A DNA stretch of 62,782 nt, filler included, from Chiloscyllium plagiosum (taxonomy: Eukaryota): NCBI RefSeq assembly GCF_004010195.1. It is 5 parts of one record of this genome, joined end to end, with 100 filler letters (N's around TTAATTAATTAA, not from the genome) between each part and the next. Parts side by side here need not be neighbours in the genome. Positions count along the whole stretch, not along the records: positions 58,946 to 62,782 come from NC_057717.1; 4 more parts are not named here. One strand, given 5' to 3'. The notes under the pieces were generated by a model. The model did no database searches. It had not been told where the DNA came from and was given only the letters and a program-made list of their open reading frames with translations. Below are positions 61,720-62,782 of this stretch, piece by piece. Position numbers and translations under genes: made by a program. Numbering within the stretch: the stretch's first letter is position 1; each line of letters starts with the position of its first letter.

Positions 61720-62782
61720 GTCAGGCTGTTGCTTGACGAGTCTGTTTATTTCTATTCATTATTTCCTGCCAGCTGTCCCATTCTAGAAACATGCCCATAC
61801 ATTAGCTCCAATCCACTAAGATTTGATTATGCAAACTGGGCTTGGAGCTGTACCACAATTTTTCTAAAAATCAAAATGTTTAACATATATTGCTTCTCTT
61901 TCATTTGTTTCCCATTCTGTTTCTCCATCATAATTCCCATTTCATAAATCTTTGTTCGTGTTGTCTATGACCATTGCTTTCAACCCCAATAATTTCTCCT
62001 AAACCATTTACTCACTATGTTCCATGTACTCTATCATTTTCCCACACCAGACTGGTTTTCCTTGTATTGTTTGAAAGTTCTGTGAAGACAGAACTGAAGT
62101 AGTGGCTTCATGCTTCTGCCATTTCCCTGTTCCCCATTCTCCATTCTCTGGTTTAAAACTGTAAGGAAGCTGCACTTGTTATTCATATTTTTCACATTGA
62201 CATGATTTATCATGTTATTACAGTTCACTCTTATAACCCTTGTGAATATACTCTTCAGAAACTCATCAATTCCTGCCTTAAACTGCTCAATAATTGACCT
62301 TCCACATCATACACTCACAGGGACACAGACTCTGTGCCAGCAGACGTACAGCACGATCTACATTAGTCCCACTTTCCGACAGAAGGCCCATAGCCTGGAA
62401 TGTTATGACACTTCCAAGTGCTCGTCCAAGTACTTTTTAATGATTGTGAGGTTATCCGTGACAATTCCCCTCTCAGGAAGTAATCCCAGAACACAACACC
62501 CTCGAGCTGATAAAAATGTTTAAATCCTCTCTTGAAACTCAAACGTTTCACTTTAAAAGTGTGCTCACTTGTTCTTGGCCCTCTGACTAAAAGGAACAGC
62601 TGCTGTCTATCCACCCTGTCCGTGTCGCTTATAATCTTATCCTTCTGAATCACTGACTCCTCAGCTTTCTCAGCTCCAAAGTAAACAACCCGAGCTTATC
62701 CAGCCTCTCTCCATAGCTGATATACTCCATCCCAGGGAACATCCTGTTGAATCTCCTCTGCACCCTCTCCAGTACAATCACA
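61720..62782 (-). mobile_element. Composite CR1 fragments, inverted third copy of the 32650/43545 unit
   Basis: Reverse complement shares ..AGAGAATGGAGAATGGGGAACAGGGAAATGGCAGAAG.. and the adjoining CR1 3' end. Confidence 0.8.

Overview
This is repeat-dense eukaryotic genomic DNA. The repeat families (V-SINE/HE1-like SINEs, CR1/L2 LINEs, Penelope-like elements) point to a cartilaginous fish, probably a shark; this is inference. I found no intact, recognisable host protein-coding gene. Main contents: a 32/31-bp minisatellite (1-1070); a ~17.5-kb degenerate GTCACA/CTCAGAGA satellite (6147-23653) that generates most of the long + strand ORFs; many decayed CR1/L2 fragments; and Penelope-like retroelements with RT and GIY-YIG remnants. 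Short Penelope-derived inserts carry minimal hammerhead-ribozyme motifs in three sequence variants. Also present are a near full-length decayed L1 (50258-56531), two endogenous-retrovirus remnants (a minus-strand 3' LTR+PPT and a plus-strand LTR-gag), a Tc1/mariner-type MITE, old segmental duplications and a 780-bp tandem duplication. Structure not explained by these repeats: a ~225-bp fold-back, a pair of diverged non-repeat segments with minus-strand splice signals, and a promoter-like segment with two perfect inverted repeats. Four 100-nt gaps contain an artificial TTAATTAATTAA linker.
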